Assembly (NCBI GenBank): GCA_963976765.1
Contig: CAXBME010000001.1
Coordinates: 434,001-498,000, forward strand
DNA length: 64,000 bases
Direction of reading: 5' to 3'
Source: an uncultured Planctomycetaceae bacterium
GTDB taxonomy: Bacteria; Planctomycetota; Planctomycetia; Planctomycetales; Planctomycetaceae
Numbering within the stretch: position 1 is the first letter of the stretch; each line of letters opens with the position of its first letter. Positions 48,762-61,140 of this stretch are shown here, piece by piece. A program made the translations under genes and the position numbers. The notes under the pieces are model-generated. The model ran no database searches, was not told the DNA's origin, and saw only the letters and a program-made list of their open reading frames with translations.

Positions 48762-49262
48762 ATGGCAGACGGCAACAGGATGTCACGACGGGATTGGTTT
48801 CGCCTGCGCCCTCGTCAAAAAGAACAAAACGTCGAAGCGTCGCGCAACATGCCGAACAGCGTCGGCGGTGCTGCAATGGGTGAAGCACCCGACGTTCTTC
48901 AGGCGGTCGCCCATCCCGTTAACCACGACGGGATGGACCTTTCTGAATTGCCGCCGATGCGCGAAGCGCTACTGACGGAAGAGCAGGTTCGACAGTTGTT
49001 TTCCGACATTGAATCGCTCGCCTCGGAAATTCTGCTGATGCAACGCTCGGCTCGCTCTCAACAAGCCACAGCATCCAGAGCGACAACCGCTGAGCAACTC
49101 CGCACGGCGCAGGAGTCTCTCCTGTCCGGCAACGTTCCTCGTGTGCAGATCCGCTATCACTGGCAGGATTCAAACTGGATCGACACGCTGGAAGCTCGCG
49201 ACCGGGGCATAAGGCTGGTACGCATCGCCCACAACCTGCCGGCGTCAGCACGCAACAGCTGA
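48762..49262 (+). CDS. Hypothetical protein at the end of the nap operon
   Basis: ATG 7 nt after the napB stop, with AAGG upstream; 166 aa; SRRDWF near the N-terminus. Confidence 0.8.
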   Translation: MADGNRMSRRDWFRLRPRQKEQNVEASRNMPNSVGGAAMGEAPDVLQAVAHPVNHDGMDLSELPPMREALLTEEQVRQLFSDIESLASEILLMQRSARSQQATASRATTAEQLRTAQESLLSGNVPRVQIRYHWQDSNWIDTLEARDRGIRLVRIAHNLPASARNS

Positions 49263-49651
49263 TACATCATCAGCACGAGCGCTTGCAAGTTGTCTGAAGA
49301 CGCCCGTTGACCGGCGCAGGAATCGTCCGGTGCGGGAATCGTTTGGCGAGGAAAGCATGGCTCATCGAGCATCGCGGTCATGCGAGTCCACTTGCATTCT
49401 TTGTCCACATCCTGACTCTTCAGGAAGGATTACCAGCGGGCGGTCGCGCACATCATGCCGAACGAGAACCTGCGGTTGAGAATGGATTGCCGTGAAATTG
49501 GCTGTCGAGTGTTGTCTCATCCATTTAAGCCTGCATGGTCAATACGACGAATTTATCCACCGATCTCTTTCCTGAATGTAAACAAGGACCGTAACCTCTG
49601 GCATCAACTGGCCTGGCCGGAATTTCTTTCTTAAGTCAACGAGGATATTTC

Positions 49652-50788
49652 ATGTTTCAACAGAGGATGGCGGTTTCCGTCGCACTCGTCGTGTGTTCGT
49701 TTCTGGCGATTGACTCGGTTTACGCGCAGCCGCCCAAACGGATGCCGCCGCCGACTCGGAAGTTTGATGCTCCGGGGGCACCGAAGTTCGTTCGGCTGGA
49801 TGCGAAAACGGGTCTGAATCCTCCGCTGGACGTAGACGGTGATTTTCTGATCGGGCCTGAGTACTCGTCCGCTCCCGAGAACAACGTGGTCGATGGTGTC
49901 CCGCAGGGGAAGGTGCAGCAATTCAGCATCGATTCGACGGAAACCAAACTTTTGAATCCTGGGATTGCCCGAAAGGTTTTCGGGACGGTCGATCCCAATA
50001 ACCCGAAGACGCTGATCGTCGAAACGCACGAGATTGACTACAAACGGCAGATCACCGTTTACATACCGGCTCAGTACAAGCCAGGCAGCGAAGCCCCGTT
50101 CATGGTCATTCATGATGGTCCGAAGGGTAAGCCGAATCTGGGGGTGCCACGGATTCTCGACAATCTGATCGCTCAGAAGCGTGTTCCCGCGATGATTCTG
50201 ATCATGGTGGCCAACGGCGGCGGCGACGCTCAGGGGCACGAGCGAGGTAAAGAATACGACACGATGTCGGGGCTCTATGCAGAATACATCGAAACCGAAG
50301 TGTTGCCGCGGGTCGAGAAAAACTGCAACGTAAAGCTGACGAAAGATCCTGAGGGGCGCGCGGCAATGGGCAGTAGTTCCGGCGGCTCGGCCGCACTGGC
50401 CATCGCCTGGTACCGTACGGATCTTTATCACCGCGTTCTGACGACGTCAGGCACCTTTGTGAATCAACAATGGCCATTTAATCCGGAGACTCCCGGTGGA
50501 GCCTGGGACTTTCACGACAAGCTGATTCCTGAGAGCCCGAAAAAGCCTCTTCGTATCTTTCTGGCCGTTGGCGACCGGGACAATTTCAACCCAAACGTCA
50601 TGCGTGACGGCATGCACGACTGGGTCGAGGCTAACCACCGCATGGCTAAAGTGCTGAAAGCCAAAGGCTACCCGTACCAATATCTGTTCTGCCAGAATTC
50701 GGGCCACGGAGTGGGTAACGCCAAGGCTCAGTTTCTGCCGCACGCCATTGAGTGGGTCTGGCAAGGCTACGCTGCGACGCCAGAGTAG
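49652..50788 (+). CDS. Secreted enterochelin-esterase-like alpha/beta hydrolase
   Basis: Signal peptide, VYIP, HDG, ERGKEYD, GSSSGG nucleophile elbow, GH. Confidence 0.9.
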   Translation: MFQQRMAVSVALVVCSFLAIDSVYAQPPKRMPPPTRKFDAPGAPKFVRLDAKTGLNPPLDVDGDFLIGPEYSSAPENNVVDGVPQGKVQQFSIDSTETKLLNPGIARKVFGTVDPNNPKTLIVETHEIDYKRQITVYIPAQYKPGSEAPFMVIHDGPKGKPNLGVPRILDNLIAQKRVPAMILIMVANGGGDAQGHERGKEYDTMSGLYAEYIETEVLPRVEKNCNVKLTKDPEGRAAMGSSSGGSAALAIAWYRTDLYHRVLTTSGTFVNQQWPFNPETPGGAWDFHDKLIPESPKKPLRIFLAVGDRDNFNPNVMRDGMHDWVEANHRMAKVLKAKGYPYQYLFCQNSGHGVGNAKAQFLPHAIEWVWQGYAATPE

Positions 50789-50872
50789 TAACGTCGACGG
50801 ATGATTTCAGCGTGCGAAGAAGTCTGTACTTCAAGAACTCGCAATCTTCATTTCCCCCTTCTCAAAGAAGTC

Positions 50873-53299
50873 ATGATGCGTTTTCTTCTTGTCATTACTG
50901 TATGCGTTTCCGTTTCAGTGTCGGCTTCCGCCGCTGAATCGTTTGAGGCGTTTCTGACGAAGCACTGTCTGCGCTGTCACGGGCCTGAAAAGGTTGAGCG
51001 TGACTTGCGTGTCGATCAGTTGTCGCGCGATTTCAGAACTGGATCAGACTCGCATCTCTGGGCTGAGATCGTCGAACGGATCAACGCTGGAGAGATGCCG
51101 CCGGAAGATGAACCTCAGCCGACGGAAGATGAGATCGCGTCAGTTGTTGGACAGCTCGATTCACGAATTCGTGAAGGGCGGGCGGCACGCATGGCGGTGC
51201 GGCCTTCGGTAGCCCACTATCGGCTCAGCAGGAAGGAGTACCAGAACACGGTCTACGATCTGCTCGGAGTGCGCTACGATCCGGCGAAACCGGGCGAGCT
51301 GAATGCAGACACCTTGTGGCAGGGTTTCGAACGAATTGGATCGCAGCTTTCGCTGTCACCCTCACACGTCGAACGCTACTACCGAGCTGCCGAAACCGTG
51401 CTGGATCGTGCCTTTCCGACAGAGCCACTCGAGACGCGTCAAGTCCGCATGACCGCCGCCGACATCCGTTACGGCGGTGGTAAGACTCAGCAGGCATATC
51501 TGGAACGCTTCGGAATCAAGCGACCGCTACGTGCATTAATTTTTCCAGGGCGAATGCAGCAGGCGTTCCGGCCAAACTGGTTCGGGGCAGCCGGATCGAA
51601 GGCCAGTGGGCTATACCGTGCGCGGATGCAGGTCAGCGGCCTTCGCCCGCCGGGAGGACAGATTCCGCACTTGCGCATCGGTACACAACTCACTGAAGAG
51701 GCCAATGAAGGGCTGGTCGAGCTGGATATTCTTGCGGCGGAGGATGAACCCGAGATCATCGAATTCGAAGTGTTTCTCGAAATGCCCGCGAGCCTCAACT
51801 TCAACGTCATCGCGACCGACATCATCGATCGCCAGAAGGGCGGTCACTATCGCAACGCACTTTCCAGTCCTCTTTATATTTTTACCCATACCAGCGAAAC
51901 TCGACTGCTTAATCCCACGGCACCCAGGATGTTCGATGACGAGGGCAACGGGATTTTCTCGTCCGTACTGCTGGACTGGATCGAGTGGGAAGGTCCGCTT
52001 GAAAGCGACACCGAACTCGCCACGCGTGAAGGTCTGCTGCCGCCTGACGACGCGACACTCGAAGTCGTCGCGAAGCATTTGCAGCGTTTTGCCGAACGTG
52101 CCTGGCGTCGCCCCGTCGGTCAATCAGAACTGAGTCACTATCTGAGTGCCTATGAGACGGAACGTGCGGCTGGCGAGAATGTATTCGCTGCGTACCAGGT
52201 GGCGCTGCTCGGAGTGCTGACGTCGCGAAACTTTACCTACATCGTGGAAGGCGACACCGAACCTCGTGAATACTTGAATGACTGGGAACTGGCTTCGCGG
52301 CTCTCGTATTTTCTGTGGAGCTCGATGCCCGACCAGAAACTTATTGAAGCCGCCCGCAACGGCAGGCTGACCACTGACAGTCTGGTCGCTGAAGTCGACC
52401 GCATGCTCAGTGATGAAAGGATCAATCGATTTATTGACGACTTCCCTCGTCAGTGGTTGCAGTTGCATCGGCTGGGAATGTTCCCTCCCGATTCGAAGCT
52501 CTATCCCAGCTATGATGTCTGGCTGGAAGCCAGCATGCGCGAAGAGGTCGTGAAATATTTTCGCGAGGTCTTCGCGAATGACCTGACTATTGATGCGTTT
52601 CTTACTTCGGACTGGACTGTCGCCAATCCCCGACTCTGCGACTTTTACGGTCTGCCCGAACCAGCATCGAGCGGCTTTCAGCGAGTTTCGCTGCGGCCTG
52701 AAGATCATCGTGGGGGGCTGTTGACGATGGGCGCGATTCTTGGCCTCACGTCAGATGGCACACGGCATCGCCCCGTCCACCGCGGGGTCTGGGTCAGTGA
52801 AGCCATCTTTGGTAAAACGCCGCCCCCGCCGCCAGCGAACGTCGATCCCATTGAACCCAATCCTCCGGACAGTCCCAAGGCGACCATTCGTCAGAAAATC
52901 GAGGCTCACGCACAGAACGCGAACTGCGCAGCGTGCCATCGCAACATCGATCCGCTGGGGCTGGCATTCGACCAGTTCGATGCCATCGGACAATGGCGAA
53001 CCCATGAACGAGTCGAAAAAGGTACAGGCGACGATCCAATGGTTGATCCCAGCGGCAGGATGCCTGATGGTCGACAGTTCGCCGACGCGGGTGAGTTCAA
53101 GCAACTGCTGCTCGAAGATCGCGACCGTTTTCTTGAGGCATTCGTTGAGCAGCTTTGCACCTACGGTTTGCGACGTGTGCTCACGGTCGATGATCAGGAA
53201 GACATCCAGGCAATCGTGAGCCAGGCAAAGAAAGACAACTACCGTTTGAAGGACATCGTGCGTTCGGTGGCCTTGTCCAGTCTGATGCGGAGCCGCTAA
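50873..53299 (+). CDS. DUF1592-family planctomycete cytochrome-c-domain protein (PSCyt1, DUF1587/1595/1592/1588/1585)
   Basis: [55 protein letters not shown]. Confidence 0.93.
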   Translation: MMRFLLVITVCVSVSVSASAAESFEAFLTKHCLRCHGPEKVERDLRVDQLSRDFRTGSDSHLWAEIVERINAGEMPPEDEPQPTEDEIASVVGQLDSRIREGRAARMAVRPSVAHYRLSRKEYQNTVYDLLGVRYDPAKPGELNADTLWQGFERIGSQLSLSPSHVERYYRAAETVLDRAFPTEPLETRQVRMTAADIRYGGGKTQQAYLERFGIKRPLRALIFPGRMQQAFRPNWFGAAGSKASGLYRARMQVSGLRPPGGQIPHLRIGTQLTEEANEGLVELDILAAEDEPEIIEFEVFLEMPASLNFNVIATDIIDRQKGGHYRNALSSPLYIFTHTSETRLLNPTAPRMFDDEGNGIFSSVLLDWIEWEGPLESDTELATREGLLPPDDATLEVVAKHLQRFAERAWRRPVGQSELSHYLSAYETERAAGENVFAAYQVALLGVLTSRNFTYIVEGDTEPREYLNDWELASRLSYFLWSSMPDQKLIEAARNGRLTTDSLVAEVDRMLSDERINRFIDDFPRQWLQLHRLGMFPPDSKLYPSYDVWLEASMREEVVKYFREVFANDLTIDAFLTSDWTVANPRLCDFYGLPEPASSGFQRVSLRPEDHRGGLLTMGAILGLTSDGTRHRPVHRGVWVSEAIFGKTPPPPPANVDPIEPNPPDSPKATIRQKIEAHAQNANCAACHRNIDPLGLAFDQFDAIGQWRTHERVEKGTGDDPMVDPSGRMPDGRQFADAGEFKQLLLEDRDRFLEAFVEQLCTYGLRRVLTVDDQEDIQAIVSQAKKDNYRLKDIVRSVALSSLMRSR

Positions 53300-53337
53300 C
53301 CGCTAATGACTAACCGCTATTCGCTTAAGGCTTCCTC

Positions 53338-54677
<1,340 letters not shown>

Positions 54678-54681
<4 letters not shown>

Positions 54682-55958
54682 ATCGATCCGATATTTTTCG
54701 AGACAGGCACGAAGCGTCGATAAGCGAGCACACAAGTCGAATCAGCTTACATCGTCTTCACGTGTTTGCGCTTCGCACTGGCGTGTTGCTGCTCACGTTC
54801 GTGGGGATCATGGCAACCGTCTACGCCGATGAACCATTCCGCCCGGAGCGAGGAAAATTTCCGCCGATCGCAGAGGCAAAATCTTATCGCGGCGAACTTG
54901 TTTTTGTGGATCACATTAATCGCCGAGGAAGTCTGCGTCTGCATGTGGATGGACACTTCCACGAAGGCCGCTTACACCATTTCGCGATGCTGCCGTACGG
55001 CATGATTCGTTATCGTGGTGCTCCGGCTGCTTTGCGGGATGTTCCGATCGGCACGGTATTGTACGGTCGGTTTTACCTGCCGCCTGACCCGACGATTTCT
55101 GTGGTCCCCGTTGTGAACAGAAAGGACGTGACCGCACCGCCTGAAAACTACGCGATCCTGCTTGAGGACGGTCCGAGTCTCTGCCTGCGAGAAGGCAAGA
55201 CCTGGCATCTCAAGAAAGTTGAGATCAAAAATGCAGAAGGCTTGCTCGTGGCCAGTCTGGATCGCAAAGAGGGAGGAGAGGGGCTCGGCGGCGAGCACTC
55301 GCTGACTATTGATGGCTCGACACGCATCTGGCGCGGTCGCGAACTGCTTCGTCTCGACGATCTGGTATCGGAAGGTGTCTGGCCGGAAGATGGAGCGAAA
55401 CAGTTTGCCGACGATGAGGTGCAGCTCGGTCTCACGTGGCACCCACGGTATCTCTATCAGCAGTTTCATATCGCCGATCTCTGGCTCGATGAAGCAGCGA
55501 TGCAGCACGCCGCCGAGCGACAACGAGGGCAACACATTCGTCACATTCGCCTGCGGTGGATGCCGGCACGCATCGACGAAGTGAAGCAGGAGAACTTCGG
55601 ACCGGCCACAGTCACGGCGACACTTTTCGGCGGCATGGACGAGTCGCTCTACGCAGACTTCAAGCCGAACACAGGCGCCCAGATGGCCGCGGCCGAAGAC
55701 ACGCTGCGCACCTGGTGGCCCGATCATGACGGTATGGATGGCCGAATCACGGCCGTGGACCAAACCGGGAAAAACTCTGAGTTCGGCAGCAGTGGGATCC
55801 AGGTGAAATTTCAGGTGCCGCTCGCGTTGGAAGGTTTCCGCCCAGGCAGCACCGTTCGCATCCGCCCGCATAGCTGGCCCAGGGTAAAACCACCAGTCGA
55901 AGAACTGATCAAAAGCCTGGAAGACCGCTGGCCGAGCCCGGACGTTTTCAAAAAGTAA
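54678..55958 (+). CDS. Hypothetical secreted protein (start uncertain)
   Basis: 426 aa ORF overlapping the DUF1552 stop; signal-peptide-like segment ending ATVYA-DE. Confidence 0.8.
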
Positions 55959-56187
55959 GAAAAGTAAGAAACGAAGCGACCGCGATAAACTGACAGTACT
56001 CCTGACGGAAACGACCGGCTGATTCCAGGAGCAGGCTGACCTTTAAGCGTGGGAGACGCAGAGGAAAAAAGCAGAGCTACAGGAGACACTTTCCTTATTT
56101 TCAGCGACTGTCGCTCGCGGTCCTCTACGATTAAAAGTACCAGTCAAAATCTGACAATCGCTTTATTCACATCGAGACTCCGCCGAG

Positions 56188-59100
56188 ATGTCCGATCTTA
56201 TCGACGCTCAAATCACTCACTCACGTCGTGAACTGCTTGACCTGACAGCTCGCAATCGACTGATCAATACGCCGCTGACGCGAAGTCGTTCGTCGCGGCT
56301 CGACATCACCGATGAGCTTTCGTCGGAAGTCTTCCGGATCATTGTTCAGGAACGCCGCGAGATGGCTTTTCTGTCTGACGAGAATTCTCACACAGACGAA
56401 CAGTCCGACACTGAAGAACAGACCAGCGACCACGACGTAGAGCAGGAAGGGGTTCAAGCCGCTTCGGCAGACGACTCCGAACTTTCCGCGTCAGAGAATG
56501 TCGTTCATTTTGCGCAGCCGATTGAGGACGACGATGACGAGATCGCCGATCGGCACCTCGATCAGAATCTGCAAACGCCCTTCGACGATGAGAAACTTCA
56601 GAAAAGATTGCTGCGGCTATATTACGACGCGCGAGGTTTTTACGAAGAGCAGGGGGTTAACAGTCTCTACCTGGCGATGGGGTTCCTCGAATGGTACGAA
56701 TCGCCAGCTTCTGACAAACCTCGATTTGCACCGCTGCTGCTGATTCCGGTCGAGCTTCATCGCCGAACCGTCAATGCCCGATTTCGACTTCGGATGCTGG
56801 ACGAAGACCTGACGACGAATCTTTCATTGCAGGAAAAACTCAAAGCGGAATTCGGCTTGCAGCTTCCAGACGTGCCGGAAGTGGACGATCTGTCGCCAGT
56901 AGAATACTTCGACGCCGTGCAGAAAGTTGTTGAAGGTCAGCCGCGGTGGCAACTGCATCGAGACCGGATGACTTTGTGGTTTTTCTCCTTCGCGAAGTTT
57001 CTGATGTTTCGCGATCTGAATCCCGACGTATGGCCTGAGGGTAAAGGTCCGACCAAACATACGGGACTGCGTGGGTTGCTGGGGGGAGAAACTGAGTTCC
57101 TGTCGCCTTTAATTGGCGAGTCTGAAAAACTCGACGACCGCATCGCCGCGCGAGACATCACGCACATTATGGATGCGGACAGTTCTCAGGCGGCGGCCAT
57201 CGAAGAAGTGCGACATGGTCGCAACCTGGTGATTCAGGGGCCGCCGGGAACTGGCAAATCACAGACGATTACGAACCTCATCGCGGCGGCGGTGAAAGAT
57301 GGCAAAAAAGTTCTGTTCGTCGCTGAAAAGATGGCAGCACTGGAAGTCGTCAAATCCCGGCTGGATCGAATCGGACTGGGTGACCTGTGCCTCGAACTGC
57401 ACAGCCACAAAGCGAATCGTCGTGCCGTGCTGGACGAACTTGACAGAACGCTTCAACTGGGACGCCCGGCAAGCAGGGACGTTGAAAAATCGTCAGCCGA
57501 TCTTGAGCGAGTGCGCGGTCGACTTAACACTTACGCGCAGCAGCTTCACGCGCCGGTGAGTCCATCCCGGCAGACACCGTTTCAATTAATTGGGACACTT
57601 TCGCGACTCCAGGCAAATGGCACGCGCCGCTATGAAACGGTTCCTGCCGGGATCGGAGACTGGTCGACATCGACACTCAAAGAGAAACAGGCAATCCTCA
57701 ACGACATTCTTGAACACATCACCGAACTCGGCCCACCAACGACTCACGCCTGGCGAGGTGTGCAGCGGCAGATGCCGTTTCTGCCTGCCGATGTTCAACA
57801 GATCGAACGCGACGTTCAGGAACTCAGTTCTGCTCTGAGCGCGATCCAGCAGCACGGTAAGGCTCTTGCTGACTCGTTGAAAATATCGTGGAAGGACGAG
57901 GCGGCATCGTTCAGCTCGACGCAGCAACTGGCGTTGTTCGCGTCGAAACTTCAGAGCATTCCGCCGATGGACCGAAACGCGTTCGCCAATCCGGTCTGGG
58001 AATCAAAGCAGAACGAAATCAGCAGAATCGCAACGCTGGGCAAAGAGTGGAAAGGCTGTCAGGACCTATTGGAAGATGTCCTGGCTCCGACCGCCTGGCA
58101 GATCGATGTCGCGCAAACGCGAACGGACCTCGCTGCAACGGGTGATTCCTTCTTTCGCTGGTTCAGTGGACGGTGGAGGACGGCAAGTCGAAATCTGAAA
58201 GGACTGCTTCGCGACCCGCCTCCGAAACTTCTGAAAGATCAACTGCAGATTCTGGACTCACTGTTCCGCTGGCAGCAACTTGCTCAGCAACTCGGTAACG
58301 ACGGCACGCTTCGCGCCGTTGCCGCCGAGGCGTTTGGTGAATTCTGGAAAGATGGCGATTCGGACTGGGACCAGTTGCAGTCCATCATCGACTGGAATCA
58401 GGATTGTTCGCAGAACGATTTGCCAAAGGTTTTTCGCAACGTAATTGGCAGGTGGTCTGACCCCGCTCAAACGAAGTCGATCTTTCTTTTGCTGCGCGAC
58501 GTTTTTCAGGACGCCTTTAACGAGCTGAAGAGACTGCGTGATCTTCTGGAGCTATCTGCGTCCGGCGCGTTTGGACTGAGCAGACTTTCGGATGTGCCAC
58601 TGACGGTTCTGAATTCACGAATTACCGAATGGCTCGGTGCCATTGAACAGCTCAATCGATGGATCATCCTGCAGCGTCGACGGGCGGACCTGATCGATGC
58701 CGGCCTGGAATCGCTGCTTCCGGAAATTGATTCCGGCTCGATCGGCTCTGACGCGCTGGATCGGCTGACGCTGGTCTTCAGCGAAGCCGCGATGAAGCAG
58801 GCCTACACGCAGTATGAAACAATTGCCGAGTTTGATGGAGTCACTCATTCGCGAATCGTTGACGAGTTCCGCGAACTGGACCAGCGGCGCATTGAACTGG
58901 CTCGACATGAAACAGCCTGTGCCCACTTTGAAAGAATGCCTGCCGGAGGAGATTACGGTTCTGTTGGTATCATTCGAGGAGAGATTCGAAAGAAGCGACG
59001 TCACAAGCCGATTCGACGACTGCTGACCGATGCCGGACACGCCGTTCAGGCAATCAAACCTGTTTTCATGATGAGCCCGATTTCTATCGCTCAGTTCATC

Positions 59101-61053
59101 GAACCGGGTGTCCTGGAATTCGACCTGCTTGTGATCGATGAGGCCAGTCAGGTTCGTCCCGTCGAAGCCTTTGGAGCCGTGATGCGATCCCGACAGGCGG
59201 TCGTCGTTGGCGATAATCGTCAGTTGCCACCGACCTCGTTCTTCGATCGAATGTCCGGCAGCGACGATGTGGAACCTGGCGAAGACGATGACACGACATC
59301 AGCGGCGGATGTCGAAAGTATTCTTGATCTTTGTGTGGCGAGAAACTTTCCGCAACGAATGTTGCAGTGGCATTACCGAAGTCGCCATCACTCTTTGATT
59401 GCCGTGTCGAATCGCGAGTTCTATCAGGACCGGCTGTTTGTTATTCCCAGCGCCGAGCGGGACGGCGGTACTCGCGGACTTCAGTTTCGGCATGTTGCCA
59501 ACGGAGTCTTCGATCGAGGCAAGTCGCGGACAAATCGTCAGGAAGCCAGAGCGGTTGCGGCAGCCATGATCGAGCACGCTCGCCACTCGCCTCGGCTTTC
59601 CCTGGGGGTCGGTACCTTCTCTGTCGCACAGCGCGACGCGATCCTTGACGAACTTGAATTGCTCCGCAGAAATCACCCGGAGACGGAAGATTTCTTCTCA
59701 TTGACGTCTGCCGAACCGTGGTTTGTCAAAAATCTGGAGAACATCCAGGGCGATGAACGGGATGTAATTTTCATTTCGGTCGGCTATGGCTTTGATGCCT
59801 CCGGGTATTTCTCGATGAACTTCGGCCCTCTGAATCGGGAAGGCGGCGAGCGACGGCTGAACGTGCTGATTTCTCGCGCTCGCGAGCGTTGCGTCGTCTT
59901 CAGCTCAATCAAAGCTGATAACGTGGATCTGCGACGGACTTCAGCGATCGGCGTCAAGTCGCTGAAAACTTTTCTGCACTTCGCCGAGACGGGAAAACTG
60001 GAGACTGCCGAAATCACCGGTCGCGATTTTGATTCCGATTTTGAAATCGACGTGGCCAATGCAATCCGTTCATTGGGCTATGAAGTGGATCAGCAGGTTG
60101 GCATGGCCGGTTTCTTCATTGATCTGGCTGTTGTTGATCCGGATTGTCCTGGTCGATACATCCTCGGCGTCGAGTGCGACGGGGCGACTTATCATTCCGC
60201 AAGGTGGGCGAGGGACCGGGACAGGTTGCGACAGGCAGTGCTTGAGAACCACGGATGGTCGCTGCACCGAATCTGGAGTTCCGACTGGTTTCAAAGTCGG
60301 AACGACCAGGTCAAAAAGCTGGCTGCAGCGATTGAGGATCAGCGACTGAACAATCGTGTCGACGCAGCAGCGACCAGCGAGTCGCTAACAGAAGAAGACT
60401 CAAACGACGGCGAGATCGTTGTCGACTCGCCAGAAAACGGCATCGAGCGAGAATCGCTGTCTGATGCTGAAGGCCTCGAGAACGGTACCGCTTGCCCCGA
60501 CTACAAAGAGGCCGGCTTCCACAATCAGATGATGTCTGAAGAGATTCACACGTTGTCTGCGGAAGAACTCAGCCAGATCGTTACCCAGGTCGTCCGCGTG
60601 GAAGGACCGGTTCATGAGAACGAGATTGTTCGAAGAATCACAACCTTGTGGGGACTCTCGCGGGCTGGCCGGCGCATTGCCGATGCCGTTCATGCGGCCA
60701 TTAAATTTGCAGAGTACTCAGGCACGATCAATTCCGAAGAGGATTTCTACTGGCACTCTGAACAAACAGAGTTTCCTCTGCGCAATCGCGACCAGGTGGA
60801 ATCTACCGGATTGAAAAAGCCGGAAATGCTGCCGCCTCGCGAGCTGCATTCGGGCATCTGCGAATTCGTCGAGAAACATGTGTCGGCAACGCCAGAAGAA
60901 ACTGCGAGGGCGATCAGTCGCCTGCTCGGATTCCGCACAACCAGCCGACAGCTTCGCGAAAGGATCGAAGACGAGATCGACGTTTTGATTGCTCGAAGCG
61001 AACTCGTCCAGGAAAACGGTTTGCTCCGACGCAGTCGTCAGCAGGAAGGGTGA
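56188..61053 (+). CDS. DUF4011 / SF1 (DNA2/NAM7-like) helicase / Vsr-like nuclease / DUF3320 protein (Hhe-like)
   Basis: LLDLTARNRLIN, EEQG.N.LYLA.GFL.W, GPPGTGKSQT, DEASQ, GD.RQLPP, WHYRS, ENIQGDERD, IDLAV..GVECDG..YH..RDR.RQ..LE..GW. Confidence 0.92.
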   Translation: MSDLIDAQITHSRRELLDLTARNRLINTPLTRSRSSRLDITDELSSEVFRIIVQERREMAFLSDENSHTDEQSDTEEQTSDHDVEQEGVQAASADDSELSASENVVHFAQPIEDDDDEIADRHLDQNLQTPFDDEKLQKRLLRLYYDARGFYEEQGVNSLYLAMGFLEWYESPASDKPRFAPLLLIPVELHRRTVNARFRLRMLDEDLTTNLSLQEKLKAEFGLQLPDVPEVDDLSPVEYFDAVQKVVEGQPRWQLHRDRMTLWFFSFAKFLMFRDLNPDVWPEGKGPTKHTGLRGLLGGETEFLSPLIGESEKLDDRIAARDITHIMDADSSQAAAIEEVRHGRNLVIQGPPGTGKSQTITNLIAAAVKDGKKVLFVAEKMAALEVVKSRLDRIGLGDLCLELHSHKANRRAVLDELDRTLQLGRPASRDVEKSSADLERVRGRLNTYAQQLHAPVSPSRQTPFQLIGTLSRLQANGTRRYETVPAGIGDWSTSTLKEKQAILNDILEHITELGPPTTHAWRGVQRQMPFLPADVQQIERDVQELSSALSAIQQHGKALADSLKISWKDEAASFSSTQQLALFASKLQSIPPMDRNAFANPVWESKQNEISRIATLGKEWKGCQDLLEDVLAPTAWQIDVAQTRTDLAATGDSFFRWFSGRWRTASRNLKGLLRDPPPKLLKDQLQILDSLFRWQQLAQQLGNDGTLRAVAAEAFGEFWKDGDSDWDQLQSIIDWNQDCSQNDLPKVFRNVIGRWSDPAQTKSIFLLLRDVFQDAFNELKRLRDLLELSASGAFGLSRLSDVPLTVLNSRITEWLGAIEQLNRWIILQRRRADLIDAGLESLLPEIDSGSIGSDALDRLTLVFSEAAMKQAYTQYETIAEFDGVTHSRIVDEFRELDQRRIELARHETACAHFERMPAGGDYGSVGIIRGEIRKKRRHKPIRRLLTDAGHAVQAIKPVFMMSPISIAQFIEPGVLEFDLLVIDEASQVRPVEAFGAVMRSRQAVVVGDNRQLPPTSFFDRMSGSDDVEPGEDDDTTSAADVESILDLCVARNFPQRMLQWHYRSRHHSLIAVSNREFYQDRLFVIPSAERDGGTRGLQFRHVANGVFDRGKSRTNRQEARAVAAAMIEHARHSPRLSLGVGTFSVAQRDAILDELELLRRNHPETEDFFSLTSAEPWFVKNLENIQGDERDVIFISVGYGFDASGYFSMNFGPLNREGGERRLNVLISRARERCVVFSSIKADNVDLRRTSAIGVKSLKTFLHFAETGKLETAEITGRDFDSDFEIDVANAIRSLGYEVDQQVGMAGFFIDLAVVDPDCPGRYILGVECDGATYHSARWARDRDRLRQAVLENHGWSLHRIWSSDWFQSRNDQVKKLAAAIEDQRLNNRVDAAATSESLTEEDSNDGEIVVDSPENGIERESLSDAEGLENGTACPDYKEAGFHNQMMSEEIHTLSAEELSQIVTQVVRVEGPVHENEIVRRITTLWGLSRAGRRIADAVHAAIKFAEYSGTINSEEDFYWHSEQTEFPLRNRDQVESTGLKKPEMLPPRELHSGICEFVEKHVSATPEETARAISRLLGFRTTSRQLRERIEDEIDVLIARSELVQENGLLRRSRQQEG

Positions 61054-61118
61054 CTCACACTTTGAATTACGGATTGGGAAGTTGAGTCGGCAGGAACGCA
61101 TCCCGGCTTTGTTGGCCC

Positions 61119-61140
61119 GCTAGGTCGAGACCCAACCTAC
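61119..61140 (-). repeat. GTAG-type REP-like palindrome overlapping the uvrA stop
   Basis: Minus strand GTAGGTTGGGTCTCGACCTAGC. Confidence 0.5.

Noticed and set aside
55950..55970. Short direct duplications (aaaagtaag x2; also ctaaccgcta x2 near 53296-53320) as target-site duplications
   Set aside because: No element lies between the copies; likely local slippage
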